Shown in pieces: positions 11,038 through 19,303 of a DNA stretch of 64,000 nucleotides. The stretch is from Thermoplasmata archaeon. GTDB taxonomy: Archaea > Thermoplasmatota > Thermoplasmata > Lutacidiplasmatales > SKW197. Numbering within the stretch: position 1 is the stretch's first letter; each line of letters begins with the position of its first letter. The DNA is taken from NCBI GenBank assembly GCA_026414225.1, contig JAOAJK010000008.1, positions 1,797-65,796 of the forward strand. Reading direction: 5' to 3'. The translations under genes were made by a program, and so were the position numbers. The notes below the pieces were generated by a model. That model worked only from the letters and a program-made list of their open reading frames with translations. It was not told the DNA's origin and ran no database searches.

Positions 11038-11327
11038 GGCTGTTGAAAGGTATGGGCTATAATAATGTTTGTTCATGTGAAGGGGTCGCACTCTTTGATG
11101 TGCAAGTATTGTGAGCGTAGATGTGGCATACCACGGAAATGACCGGGGAAACCTTATATACTTCAAAAATGCTATCGTAGATTAGGAGGAAGTCAAATGA
11201 CTGGAGAGGAATGGTACTGGAATGGCTGGAGGGTTGCGAAGAAGGAGAAGAAAGATAAGAAAAAATAAATTCAAAGCCGTTGAGAAATGCCCTTAAATAC
11301 CCTTTCACTATTCCTGTTTTGAATCTC

Positions 11328-12950
11328 ATGAATCCTGCGGTTACTTGGGAGTACGGAGGCACAATAGAAAAAGTAAAGATTTCGAAAGACGGGGAAAAAG
11401 TGTGTTTCTCCAGTGCCGCCGGACTGAACCTCGTACACACCACTGAAAGGGCTGCCTACAAACTCCCTCTCTCTGGCAAATTTTTGTTCAATCTCTCGCC
11501 CGATGGAAACTTTGTGATTGTAGCAACACCCGACGCAGTTATCAGAATGTACAGTGATACCCTCAATATTGTTGGGGAGGGAAAACTCCCTGCGCCGGCT
11601 ACGAGCATATACATCTCGACAGATTCTTCAAAAATAGCGGTGCTGTCCGGCAGAACCGTTTATCTGCTTGACCAGCGACTGAAACTTGCGTGGAGTCAGG
11701 TGCTGCCCGTAAACGGGGTAAAGGTAAAGCTGGATAATGCGGGTTACCACCTTGCCTGCGTGGATGCGGGTAATCTAGTTACTCTCTACGATGCTGCGGG
11801 TAAAACCTGCTTTGCCAGGATGTTCAATTCGAAAATCACAAATCTCTCCCTTGCGAGTGCTTCGGAATACCTGGTTGTTTCCACGCTGGAAGATAGAGTG
11901 TTTCTTATGGATACGAAGGGAAATGTGCTCAATGATCCCCGCTTCGGATCCAGAATTAAGTTTGCAAAAATATCGGCTGATGGAACGCGGTTGATCGTAT
12001 GTTTTCCGCAGGAAGTCCATTACTACACCAGAGATTTCACACCGCTCCAGAAGTTCCCAACGGGGCATGAGCTACACTATTACGATGCCTCAGATAATCT
12101 GGGTTTTGTAGGGGGCGTATCTAGAACTGGGGAAATTCTGGCATTTCACAACGACGGTTTATTCTGGGAGGGAAATCTTCCTGGAGGGGCAGAGGGGATT
12201 CTGGTAACGCCGGGAGGAGAGCGGGCATTCGTTTATTCCAGGACAAGAATTGTGAAATTTGATAACTTGCTGCCCATTCAACGGGGTCTCGAGACCGCCG
12301 TCAGACGGCTGGAGGTATTGAGAGGATACGGATATGGACTCGAGGAAATAGAGAATCTTCTGAAACAGACGAGGAGCAGATTTGCCGCAGGTGATTTTGG
12401 TGCCACACTCAGGTTCTTGGATAATATTGAAAAAGGCATCCAGATGCAGCGAAGCCGTAACAAACCGCAGCTGAGCCTGTTAGGGGTCACGAACGAAAAC
12501 TTCAGGGCAAACGATTGGACAAAGGTGCTCCTCTACATGCTGAACACCGGAAATGCCCATTGCGCAGATGTCCGGGTCGAATACTCCCATAACATACTGA
12601 TGAAGATTAAACCGGTGCCCGTACTGCTCACTGGCGAGCTAACAAAACAGGTGATAGGGCTCAAGCCCCTTTTCTCAGGTATCCAGAAAGTGATTGTCAA
12701 GTTCAGATTCTGGAATTTTGAAGGCAGGGAGTTTGTGGAGGAAGTAGCGTTTGAAATGAGTTCTGGGAGTAAGGCAGAAAATTATGAGAAACCGGTTGCG
12801 GTGATAAAGCATGGAAACTGGGAGGCTGTGTTCAAAAAGGCGCAGGAGCCAGCAGTTCAAGTCCAGAACAAGTGTCCCAACTGCAAGAAAAATATCATGC
12901 CCGAATGGGTGGCATGCCCCTACTGCATGTGGAAATTGAAAAGATGGTGA
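11328..12950 (+). CDS. beta-propeller repeat protein with C-terminal zinc ribbon
   Basis: Recurrent strand-rich repeats (ISKDGEKVCFSS, LSPDGNFVIVAT, ISTDSSKIAVLS, ISADGTRLIVCF). C-terminal CPNCKK...ACPYC. I moved the start to the first ATG; the track uses TTG at 11280. Confidence 0.6.
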   Translation: MNPAVTWEYGGTIEKVKISKDGEKVCFSSAAGLNLVHTTERAAYKLPLSGKFLFNLSPDGNFVIVATPDAVIRMYSDTLNIVGEGKLPAPATSIYISTDSSKIAVLSGRTVYLLDQRLKLAWSQVLPVNGVKVKLDNAGYHLACVDAGNLVTLYDAAGKTCFARMFNSKITNLSLASASEYLVVSTLEDRVFLMDTKGNVLNDPRFGSRIKFAKISADGTRLIVCFPQEVHYYTRDFTPLQKFPTGHELHYYDASDNLGFVGGVSRTGEILAFHNDGLFWEGNLPGGAEGILVTPGGERAFVYSRTRIVKFDNLLPIQRGLETAVRRLEVLRGYGYGLEEIENLLKQTRSRFAAGDFGATLRFLDNIEKGIQMQRSRNKPQLSLLGVTNENFRANDWTKVLLYMLNTGNAHCADVRVEYSHNILMKIKPVPVLLTGELTKQVIGLKPLFSGIQKVIVKFRFWNFEGREFVEEVAFEMSSGSKAENYEKPVAVIKHGNWEAVFKKAQEPAVQVQNKCPNCKKNIMPEWVACPYCMWKLKRW

Positions 12951-12953
12951 AAC

Positions 12954-13193
12954 TCAGAATTTGCCGATCTGGCAAACCTGACACACCGTGCAGGATTGAA
13001 GTCCTGGAAGCTTCTTAACTTTTTCAAACACAATCTTCTGGAGCTCTTTTATATTCTTTGCCTCTATCTTGACCACAATGTCGTACTTTCCGTAGACCTC
13101 GTAAATGTCCTTCACATTCTTGATGCCACTCAGAAGCGCAGGCAGCTTGTGTTCTGATTTTGGCACTGTTTTTATCAGAAGATATGCCAGCAT
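12954..13193 (-). CDS. stand-alone Lrp/AsnC-type ligand-binding (RAM) domain protein
   Basis: 79 aa. The pattern AYLLIKT......V...L..I..V.....V.G.YDIVVKIEA....EL..IV..KV..LPG matches the AsnC C-terminal domain. No HTH is present. Confidence 0.6.
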   Translation of the reverse strand: MLAYLLIKTVPKSEHKLPALLSGIKNVKDIYEVYGKYDIVVKIEAKNIKELQKIVFEKVKKLPGLQSCTVCQVCQIGKF

Positions 13194-13196
13194 TCT

Positions 13197-13499
13197 TCAA
13201 TCTTCCTCTTCTTCCTCTTCCTCACCCTTTTCTTTCTCCACAAAGCTAATCTTCTTCGGGAAGTATTTCAGTATTATCACATCCCCGATTGCCTGAACCC
13301 ATCTGTAGGGAAAGGCAACACCCCGTGAACCTTTCACAAGCACTGGATTTGTCTCTGCGAGAAACAGGCCATCAATTTTTGCTCCCTCTACATCCACCAC
13401 TACATTGTTCACATTTCCAAGCAGTGTCCCATCTGGTGTATATACAGGCAGTCCAATTATATCCGTCATTTCCAACAGCATGTTGATCCCATAAGGCAT
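13197..13499 (-). CDS. PRC-barrel domain protein with poly-Glu tail
   Basis: 100 aa. The pattern IIGLPVYTPDGTLLGNVNNVVVD...KIDGLFL is PRC-barrel-like. The C-terminus is KGEEEEEEED. Confidence 0.6.
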   Translation of the reverse strand: MPYGINMLLEMTDIIGLPVYTPDGTLLGNVNNVVVDVEGAKIDGLFLAETNPVLVKGSRGVAFPYRWVQAIGDVIILKYFPKKISFVEKEKGEEEEEEED

Positions 13500-13509
13500 A
13501 TAAACAAGG

Positions 13510-13521
13510 TTTATTTTATAC
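13510..13521 (+). promoter_or_regulatory. TATA-like box upstream of tRNA-Thr
   Basis: tttattttatac lies about 15-25 nt upstream of the tRNA 5' end. Confidence 0.4.
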
Positions 13522-13534
13522 TTTCTGCCCGGTC

Positions 13535-13606
<72 letters not shown>

Positions 13607-13760
13607 CTATCTTAAACGAAGTTTGCACCCCGAGGACCAGGTTTGGAGGAGTTTGCACAGTAACCATTATATACTCCGTGCGGGTTATATCCTCAGCACA
13701 TTGGGAAGCGGGCAGTGCTCTTTTTTCAATGTGCAAAAAAAGCGAAAAGGAAGTATAGAC

Positions 13761-14192
13761 ATGGAGCAAGAACTGACGAAAGTAAAGGACTTGACACCTG
13801 GCTCAAAGCAGGTAAATGTTTTGGCCAAGGTTGTGAGTGTTGGTGAGCCGAAAGAGATTCCCTCCAGATTTGGAGGAGAGGGACGGAAAGTTGCCGAAGC
13901 CGTTATAGGCGATGAGACAGGCACGATAGTGCTATCGCTCTGGCAGGAGCAGATTGGCACTGTTGCACCTGGAGATGTGGTGCTGATAGGAAATGGTTAC
14001 ATTTCCTTGGTAAGGGGGCACATGCATCTCAATGTTGGCAAATACGGGTCCCTTACAAAGAGCACGGAAAATGTGGGCGAGGTCAACACCAGTGTTGACA
14101 TGAGTGCCCAGGAATATGAGCAGGAAAGAAGGGAATTCCGGGGCAGAAGGAATTTTAACAGAAACCGAGAGAACAATAGACGAAGATTCTAA
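13761..14192 (+). CDS. ssb: single-OB-fold single-stranded DNA-binding protein (Sulfolobus SSB-type) with basic/acidic C-terminal tail
   Basis: MEQELTKVKDLTPGSKQVNVLAKVV...RKVAEAVIGDETGTIVLSLWQEQ parallels Sulfolobus SSB (EAIVGDETGRVKLTLWGK). It has an RG/RN-rich tail. I trimmed the start from the track ORF (13623) to the ATG at 13761. Confidence 0.8.
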   Translation: MEQELTKVKDLTPGSKQVNVLAKVVSVGEPKEIPSRFGGEGRKVAEAVIGDETGTIVLSLWQEQIGTVAPGDVVLIGNGYISLVRGHMHLNVGKYGSLTKSTENVGEVNTSVDMSAQEYEQERREFRGRRNFNRNRENNRRRF

Positions 14193-14195
14193 AAA

Positions 14196-14238
14196 GTTTT
14201 AGTTTGTAAAATAATTTTTTTATTTTTATTTGTTTTAG
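14196..14238 (+). terminator. oligo-T tracts downstream of ssb
   Basis: ttttagtttgtaaaataatttttttatttttatttgtttt. Archaeal intrinsic termination typically occurs at T-runs. Position only. Confidence 0.35.
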
Positions 14239-14260
14239 ATTTAAATTTTGGCGGGTTTTA

Positions 14261-16033
14261 TTGCATTTTAAGGGAAAGAATTTAATACTATGGCGAGATA
14301 AGGATATTGTGCAATTAAATCCATACGCAATAGCTCCGGCTATTTCGGTAGTTTTCCACATAATTTTCTTAGCCTATCTTCTTTACAAAAGCCGTTCTGA
14401 TAGGATTCGGTTTTATTTTTCCATCATTTTTATTTGTGTTATTATCTGGGCGGGTGCAGAGACTGCCATGAAAAGTATGCCAGTTACTGCAGAAACCTAC
14501 AGGAGTGTGTGGTACTATCCCTATGCCATTGCATGCGGGCGGCTGATGAGCGGGAGCGCAATTGCGCTAATAATGGCCGGAATTCTTCTCTCTTTTCAAT
14601 ATCCTGTCAAGAAGATATCGGATAAACAGTTTAGGATTCTCTCTTTTGTCGTTTTAGTTGGTTTCTTAGTTTATATGTATTTCGCTCTTTTCACTCCCCT
14701 TATTGTCAAGGATGTGCTATATTACTGGGCCGGGTATGGTGTAGACAACGGTCCTCTGTTCACTTCATCTACCCCCATTTTGGTCCTGATATTTGTTATC
14801 ATTATTTACAATTTTCTCCACTCCTACCTTCACGCCAGGAGCAAAGTAGAAAAGATGCAGTTGAGATACATGACTGTAGGTGCCTTAATCTTTATTGTTG
14901 GGGTTTCAATTACAGGTTTCCCGGATCTTCCACCAATCTTTGGGATGCCCACTGGTAATTTCTGGATAATCTTTATGGATATATTCTGGCTCTATGCGGC
15001 TGTGAAGTATAAGCTTTTCACTATTGAAGCGGTCGTGGAAGACGGGATCAAGCCCTCTGCAATTCCAAAACAGGAGAACGGTATAGCTCCTGGGGATAGT
15101 GTGCTCGTCAACACCAAAACAGGAAAACGAGGATTTGAAGCTTTTAGGGATGTTGCGGGAAAAATGCCTGGATTGTGCATAACTACGCGACATCCAAGCG
15201 TTGTCCGGACGGAACATAATTTTACGAAGCTTCCGATAATCTGGATTTCGGAAATCACAACAAAAGAAAATGCGATAGAACCGACAAAACTGGAATTTGA
15301 AATTTCCTACCATATTTTTGCGTTTCTTCGTGAGGAGGAAAAGAGGGTTGTCTATCTTGACGACGTGGACTATCTCATAGCCATTAACGGATTTCAAACT
15401 ACATATGAGTTCTGCAAGGCAGTTGCAGATGAAGCTGCAAAGAGAAACTCCGTGTTTATTTTTTCACTTGCAGAGAACATTTATTCGGAGAAGGAACGAA
15501 GCTATTTTGAGTGCATTAAAACTGTAAGGATTATAGAAACTGGGGGAGAAGGTAAAAAGCTTAGCAGTTTTGAATTGGTAAATGGAAAAACTCACCTGGT
15601 GGAGATATCTCCTGAAATGAGGGAAAGCATTAAAACCAGATTGCCAGTAATGCCCACGCTCGCAATTTCCTCAAGCTTTCCGAAAAAGTTTTTGAAAGGG
15701 TTTAGAGATGAAAATAGTGTGGAATGCATCTGGATCACTGAAACATCAGGATATGAAAGAGGATATTCCGCAAAGAAGATGGAATTTGAGGTGAGCCAGG
15801 AAATAATTTCTTTTGTAAGGAGCAACCAAGGGCGAGGGCTTGTATACATAGATGCGGTGCCAGTTTTCCTCCTTTCAAATGGTTTTGGACCTCTGCTAAA
15901 GTTTCTCAAAGATGTCTCCGATGAATGCCATGAATACAAAGCTTCCCTAATCGTGGAGATTCCTCCGAAACTGTTTAACCAGAAAGAGAGAACGCTTGTG
16001 GAGCGACGATTTGATCTTGTATTTTCAGAATAG
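14261..16033 (+). CDS. polytopic membrane protein with two tandem cytoplasmic DUF835-like domains
   Basis: The N-terminal ~260 aa form 7-8 hydrophobic helices. Two repeats of a DUF835-like pattern follow: GDSVLVNT...GLCITTRHPSVVR...LPIIWISE...VVYLDDVDYLIAINGF, then THLVEISP...ECIWITET...LVYIDAVPVFLLSNGF. There is no ATG near the 5' end; candidate starts are TTG 14261 or GTG 14309. Confidence 0.7.
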   Translation: MHFKGKNLILWRDKDIVQLNPYAIAPAISVVFHIIFLAYLLYKSRSDRIRFYFSIIFICVIIWAGAETAMKSMPVTAETYRSVWYYPYAIACGRLMSGSAIALIMAGILLSFQYPVKKISDKQFRILSFVVLVGFLVYMYFALFTPLIVKDVLYYWAGYGVDNGPLFTSSTPILVLIFVIIIYNFLHSYLHARSKVEKMQLRYMTVGALIFIVGVSITGFPDLPPIFGMPTGNFWIIFMDIFWLYAAVKYKLFTIEAVVEDGIKPSAIPKQENGIAPGDSVLVNTKTGKRGFEAFRDVAGKMPGLCITTRHPSVVRTEHNFTKLPIIWISEITTKENAIEPTKLEFEISYHIFAFLREEEKRVVYLDDVDYLIAINGFQTTYEFCKAVADEAAKRNSVFIFSLAENIYSEKERSYFECIKTVRIIETGGEGKKLSSFELVNGKTHLVEISPEMRESIKTRLPVMPTLAISSSFPKKFLKGFRDENSVECIWITETSGYERGYSAKKMEFEVSQEIISFVRSNQGRGLVYIDAVPVFLLSNGFGPLLKFLKDVSDECHEYKASLIVEIPPKLFNQKERTLVERRFDLVFSE

Positions 16034-16037
16034 TTTG

Positions 16038-16114
16038 TGGTAGCGGGGAATGGATTTGAACCATTGATCTACGGGTTATGAGCCCGTCGGGATACCTGAC
16101 TACCCCACCCCGCT
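16038..16114 (-). tRNA. initiator tRNA-Met (anticodon CAU), CCA encoded
   Basis: The reverse complement is AGCGGGGTGGGGTAGTCAGGTATCCCGACGGGCTCATAACCCGTAGATCAATGGTTCAAATCCATTCCCCGCTACCA. It has an A1:U72 end and three consecutive G-C pairs closing the anticodon stem, which are archaeal initiator hallmarks. Confidence 0.9.
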
Positions 16115-16136
16115 GCAGGAAATGTAAAATGAAAGG

Positions 16137-16147
16137 TTATAATAAAA
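16137..16147 (-). promoter_or_regulatory. TATA-like box upstream of initiator tRNA
   Basis: On the minus strand this reads ttttattataa, centred about 28 nt upstream of the tRNA 5' end. Confidence 0.4.
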
Positions 16148-16271
16148 CTTTCCCAATGATACTTTTGACTGATGTGAATGAGTTGATTTTGCGATGCATG
16201 CCAATCCCCCGTAATTGGAGCAAGGTAATTATATATATCCGAAACGCATTTCATGTTCTGCGGGAATTCGC

Positions 16272-16514
16272 ATGGGAAACAGGATATTTGAGATAACTGT
16301 AGAAGAGCTTTCGTTTCTGGGAGATATTCTCTCTATGGGAGTGGTGAAGAAGGGACTGGTTATGGTAGGTGCAACCCCGGACTCGGTGACGAGAGACCAG
16401 ATGCTGCAGGCACTGGACCTCCACATCATTCCCTCAATTAGAAGCTTTGTGAGCCCCGAAAAGGCGAGCCAGGTAAAGCATAATATTCTGAAGAAATTGG
16501 AAGGGGGTAAATGA
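16272..16514 (+). CDS. small hypothetical protein (80 aa)
   Basis: ORF trimmed to the ATG at 16272, with a TATA-like attatatatat about 30 nt upstream. It abuts the next gene. No motif recognised. Confidence 0.4.
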   Translation: MGNRIFEITVEELSFLGDILSMGVVKKGLVMVGATPDSVTRDQMLQALDLHIIPSIRSFVSPEKASQVKHNILKKLEGGK

Positions 16515-16515
16515 T

Positions 16516-17259
16516 TTGTCCACCTCTTCCGTGTTGAGGGATAAGGTGACCGTTGGTTTTATTCTGTTCTTCGTGATAATGGTCGTGCTGGGCACCCTCC
16601 TCCGTGGAGATGGGCAGATCATCTTTAACCAGCTTGCAGGTGCAACCTCGTTGATGCTAGCGGTGGTATTTTGCCTCAGGGCCCACCGGCTCTACGGTTT
16701 CAAAAGCGGAGAGGGCCAGGTCTGGCTGATGTTTTCGTTGGCGCTGGTATTCCTCGCTCTGGGACAGATTGCGGTGATTGCAGGGCTCAAGGGTGGAATG
16801 GTACTCTTCAGAATCGTGGCGATTCCTCTCTATATTTTAGGGTTTGCGAGGAAAATTGGAATTGCGGGCTTCGTGCTGAACGCCCGAAATAGCGCAACGA
16901 CGATGGTTTCCGTGGTCGGGTGGTCCACTGCTGTGTTTTTCATTTCAGTGAAACCCGCGCTCTCCAATGGCTTTGACTACTTTGAGGACGCCTACATGAT
17001 TTTCTCGATTCTTGATATTTTCCTTCTCTTTGGAATGATGTTCATTCTCCAGATGGATGTGACGAGCAACGGCTGGGTGTTGCTTTCGACTGGGCTGGTT
17101 GCAGTGATGCTCGGGGACATTTTCTACATCTACGCAAATCAGAACCTCGGATATTACGACGGCCATCCCTATGACCTGATATGGTACACCGGGCTCCTGA
17201 CAATCGCGTACGCGGCATATTATCAGAGAAAATCCCATCTGGAATTAATCGCCATGTAG
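16516..17259 (+). CDS. polytopic membrane protein, unknown function
   Basis: 247 aa with about 8 hydrophobic segments. TTG start in the track. Confidence 0.55.
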   Translation: MSTSSVLRDKVTVGFILFFVIMVVLGTLLRGDGQIIFNQLAGATSLMLAVVFCLRAHRLYGFKSGEGQVWLMFSLALVFLALGQIAVIAGLKGGMVLFRIVAIPLYILGFARKIGIAGFVLNARNSATTMVSVVGWSTAVFFISVKPALSNGFDYFEDAYMIFSILDIFLLFGMMFILQMDVTSNGWVLLSTGLVAVMLGDIFYIYANQNLGYYDGHPYDLIWYTGLLTIAYAAYYQRKSHLELIAM

Positions 17260-17329
17260 AACCAGGAGATTTCAAGGTTAAACTATAGTTTTAAATAGCC
17301 GAATGCTATGCCTTGCATAGAGGTTTACC

Positions 17330-17821
17330 ATGTTCGGAAAGAAAAGCGCCTTGATCGCAGGACTGGCAGGGATTACAGCGATGCTGGGACTGAGCATGAA
17401 CGCAAGCGCACAGTATGAAACCTTCGGACTGTGCCTGACAGGAACAATGTGCATTCTGCCGATTATCTGGCTGGTGATATGGATACTCATAGCAATCTGG
17501 GTTTACAAGGACGCAGAGAAGCGAGGTATGAGCGGAATACTCTGGCTGATAATCGTGGTAATTTTGGGGCTTATCGGTCTGATAATTTACATTGTTGTCA
17601 GGAAGCCAGAGCAGCCACAGATGCCAGCAGCACCGCCACCTCCGCCACCGCCAGCGTACCAGCAACCACCACCGCCGGCTTACCAGCAGCCGCCGCCTGC
17701 CTACGGGGCACCGCCACCACCGCCACCAGCGGCACCTGGGATGGCACCATGCCCGTACTGCGGCACACCGAATCCTACAACGGCAACCATCTGTCAGAAG
17801 TGCGGTGCAAGGCTAAGGTAA
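17330..17821 (+). CDS. membrane protein: PLD-nuclease N-terminal-like TM pair, Pro-rich PPxY-repeat linker, C-terminal zinc ribbon
   Basis: [39 protein letters not shown] (PLDc_N-like), then [32 protein letters not shown], then CPYCG...CQKCG. Confidence 0.7.
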   Translation: MFGKKSALIAGLAGITAMLGLSMNASAQYETFGLCLTGTMCILPIIWLVIWILIAIWVYKDAEKRGMSGILWLIIVVILGLIGLIIYIVVRKPEQPQMPAAPPPPPPPAYQQPPPPAYQQPPPAYGAPPPPPPAAPGMAPCPYCGTPNPTTATICQKCGARLR

Positions 17822-17910
17822 ATAAACAAAAACTTCTTACACCTATTTTTTATTTTGATTGGTTTTTTACCGGGCATCACAAAGCACCGATCTGAACCCG
17901 TTTCAAGTCC

Positions 17911-19272
17911 TCAAATGCTCCTTATTATCTCCTCGATCAACTTCTTGTTTTCCTCGCTGAGCTTCCTCGCCTTCTCCATTGTCTCTGCCTCGGCATACAC
18001 CCTGTAAATTGGCTCTGTTCCTGAGGGTCTGACAAGCACCCAGGCCTTCTCAAACATGATTTTTACACCGTCAGTAGTGTCGACCCTTTCACCCCTGTAA
18101 TGCTCCACGAGTTTTTTCAGTGCCGCCTCCTTCTTTGCATCAGGACATTCCACCTTCGTTTTCACCTGGGCATACTTCGGCAGCGAATCAATGAGCTCTG
18201 ATAGCTTCATTCCCGTCTTTGCCAGCACCTCAACCATTTTCGCGGCCGCCATCCCGCCGTCCCTGCAATACTGGAATTCAGGGAATATCATGCCGCCATT
18301 TTCCTCGCCACCGAAGACCGCGCCGTGCTCAATCATGGCCCTTGCCACAATCGGGGCACCAACCCTCGTGTAAAGCACTTTTCCACCAAACGGCTTGACC
18401 GCATCCTCAAAGCATAGCGAGGTCGCAACCGGCGTCACCACGAGGCCCCCATTCCTGGCTTTTACGGTCTCCCTCGCCATCAGAGCCAGGCTCTTGTCCC
18501 CGAAAATGTATTGCCCCTTCTCGTCTATGAAGATTGTTCTATCCGCATCCCCGTCATGCACCACAGTAAGGTCGGCACCCAGTGCAGAAGCAATCCTGAT
18601 AGTATCTCGCAGATTATCTGGCGTCGGCTCTGACTCATGCCCGGGAAATGTGCCCTGCGGATGTGCGTTAAGGGAGATGACCCTGCAGCCAAGGGTCTCA
18701 AGCAGGTAGGGAGATGTGAACCCTGACGCACCGTTTGAACAATCCAGCAACACCTTCAATTTCGCCTTTCTTATCGCCTCCACATCACATCTGGCGATGA
18801 TACCCTCGATGTAATTCTGGTTTGCCCTGGGATTTTCCACAAGTTTCCCAATCAGGTTCCAGGGTTTTACAGCAAAACGCTTCCCAAAGTAAATCCTCTC
18901 AATTTCCTCCTCCTTCTCCCTCCCGAGCTCCGTGCCATCTGCATCAATGCACTTTATTCCGTTGAACTGTGGGGGATTATGTGACGCCGTGATAATTACG
19001 CCAAAATTTCCGAATCCTGTCTTCACAGCATACTGTATCGCTGGAGAAGGTGCAATCCCCACATCGATGGCATCGCTACCAGTGGAGAGAATACCTGCAA
19101 TCAGCGCACTCTTCAGCATCTCGTTTGAGGTCCTCGGGTCCGTGCCCACAACCACGCTCCCTCTACCCCCAAGAAAGCTTCCTACCGCTCTCCCTATGCC
19201 TGACGCCAGCTCGATGTTCATGTCCTCGTTCACCACACCTCGAATTCCGTTGGTTCCAAACAGCCGCTGCAT
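17911..19272 (-). CDS. phosphoglucosamine/phosphomannomutase family protein (alpha-D-phosphohexomutase)
   Basis: LFGTNGIRG, the active-site loop TASHNPPQFNGIK, the Mg site HDGDADR, and the sugar loop GGEENGG. I trimmed the start to the ATG at 19272; the track uses GTG at 19287. Substrate cannot be told from sequence. Confidence 0.88.
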   Translation of the reverse strand: MQRLFGTNGIRGVVNEDMNIELASGIGRAVGSFLGGRGSVVVGTDPRTSNEMLKSALIAGILSTGSDAIDVGIAPSPAIQYAVKTGFGNFGVIITASHNPPQFNGIKCIDADGTELGREKEEEIERIYFGKRFAVKPWNLIGKLVENPRANQNYIEGIIARCDVEAIRKAKLKVLLDCSNGASGFTSPYLLETLGCRVISLNAHPQGTFPGHESEPTPDNLRDTIRIASALGADLTVVHDGDADRTIFIDEKGQYIFGDKSLALMARETVKARNGGLVVTPVATSLCFEDAVKPFGGKVLYTRVGAPIVARAMIEHGAVFGGEENGGMIFPEFQYCRDGGMAAAKMVEVLAKTGMKLSELIDSLPKYAQVKTKVECPDAKKEAALKKLVEHYRGERVDTTDGVKIMFEKAWVLVRPSGTEPIYRVYAEAETMEKARKLSEENKKLIEEIIRSI

Positions 19273-19303
19273 GTCTATCCCGTCCACCTAACTTTTTTCC
19301 AGA

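Noticed and set aside
17306-17895. Several overlapping ORFs (W/R/H-rich, 119-154 aa) across the Pro-rich region
   Set aside because: They are alternate-frame or antisense readings of the CCN-rich proline tract. The 17330..17821 frame alone gives a coherent TM plus zinc-ribbon architecture.
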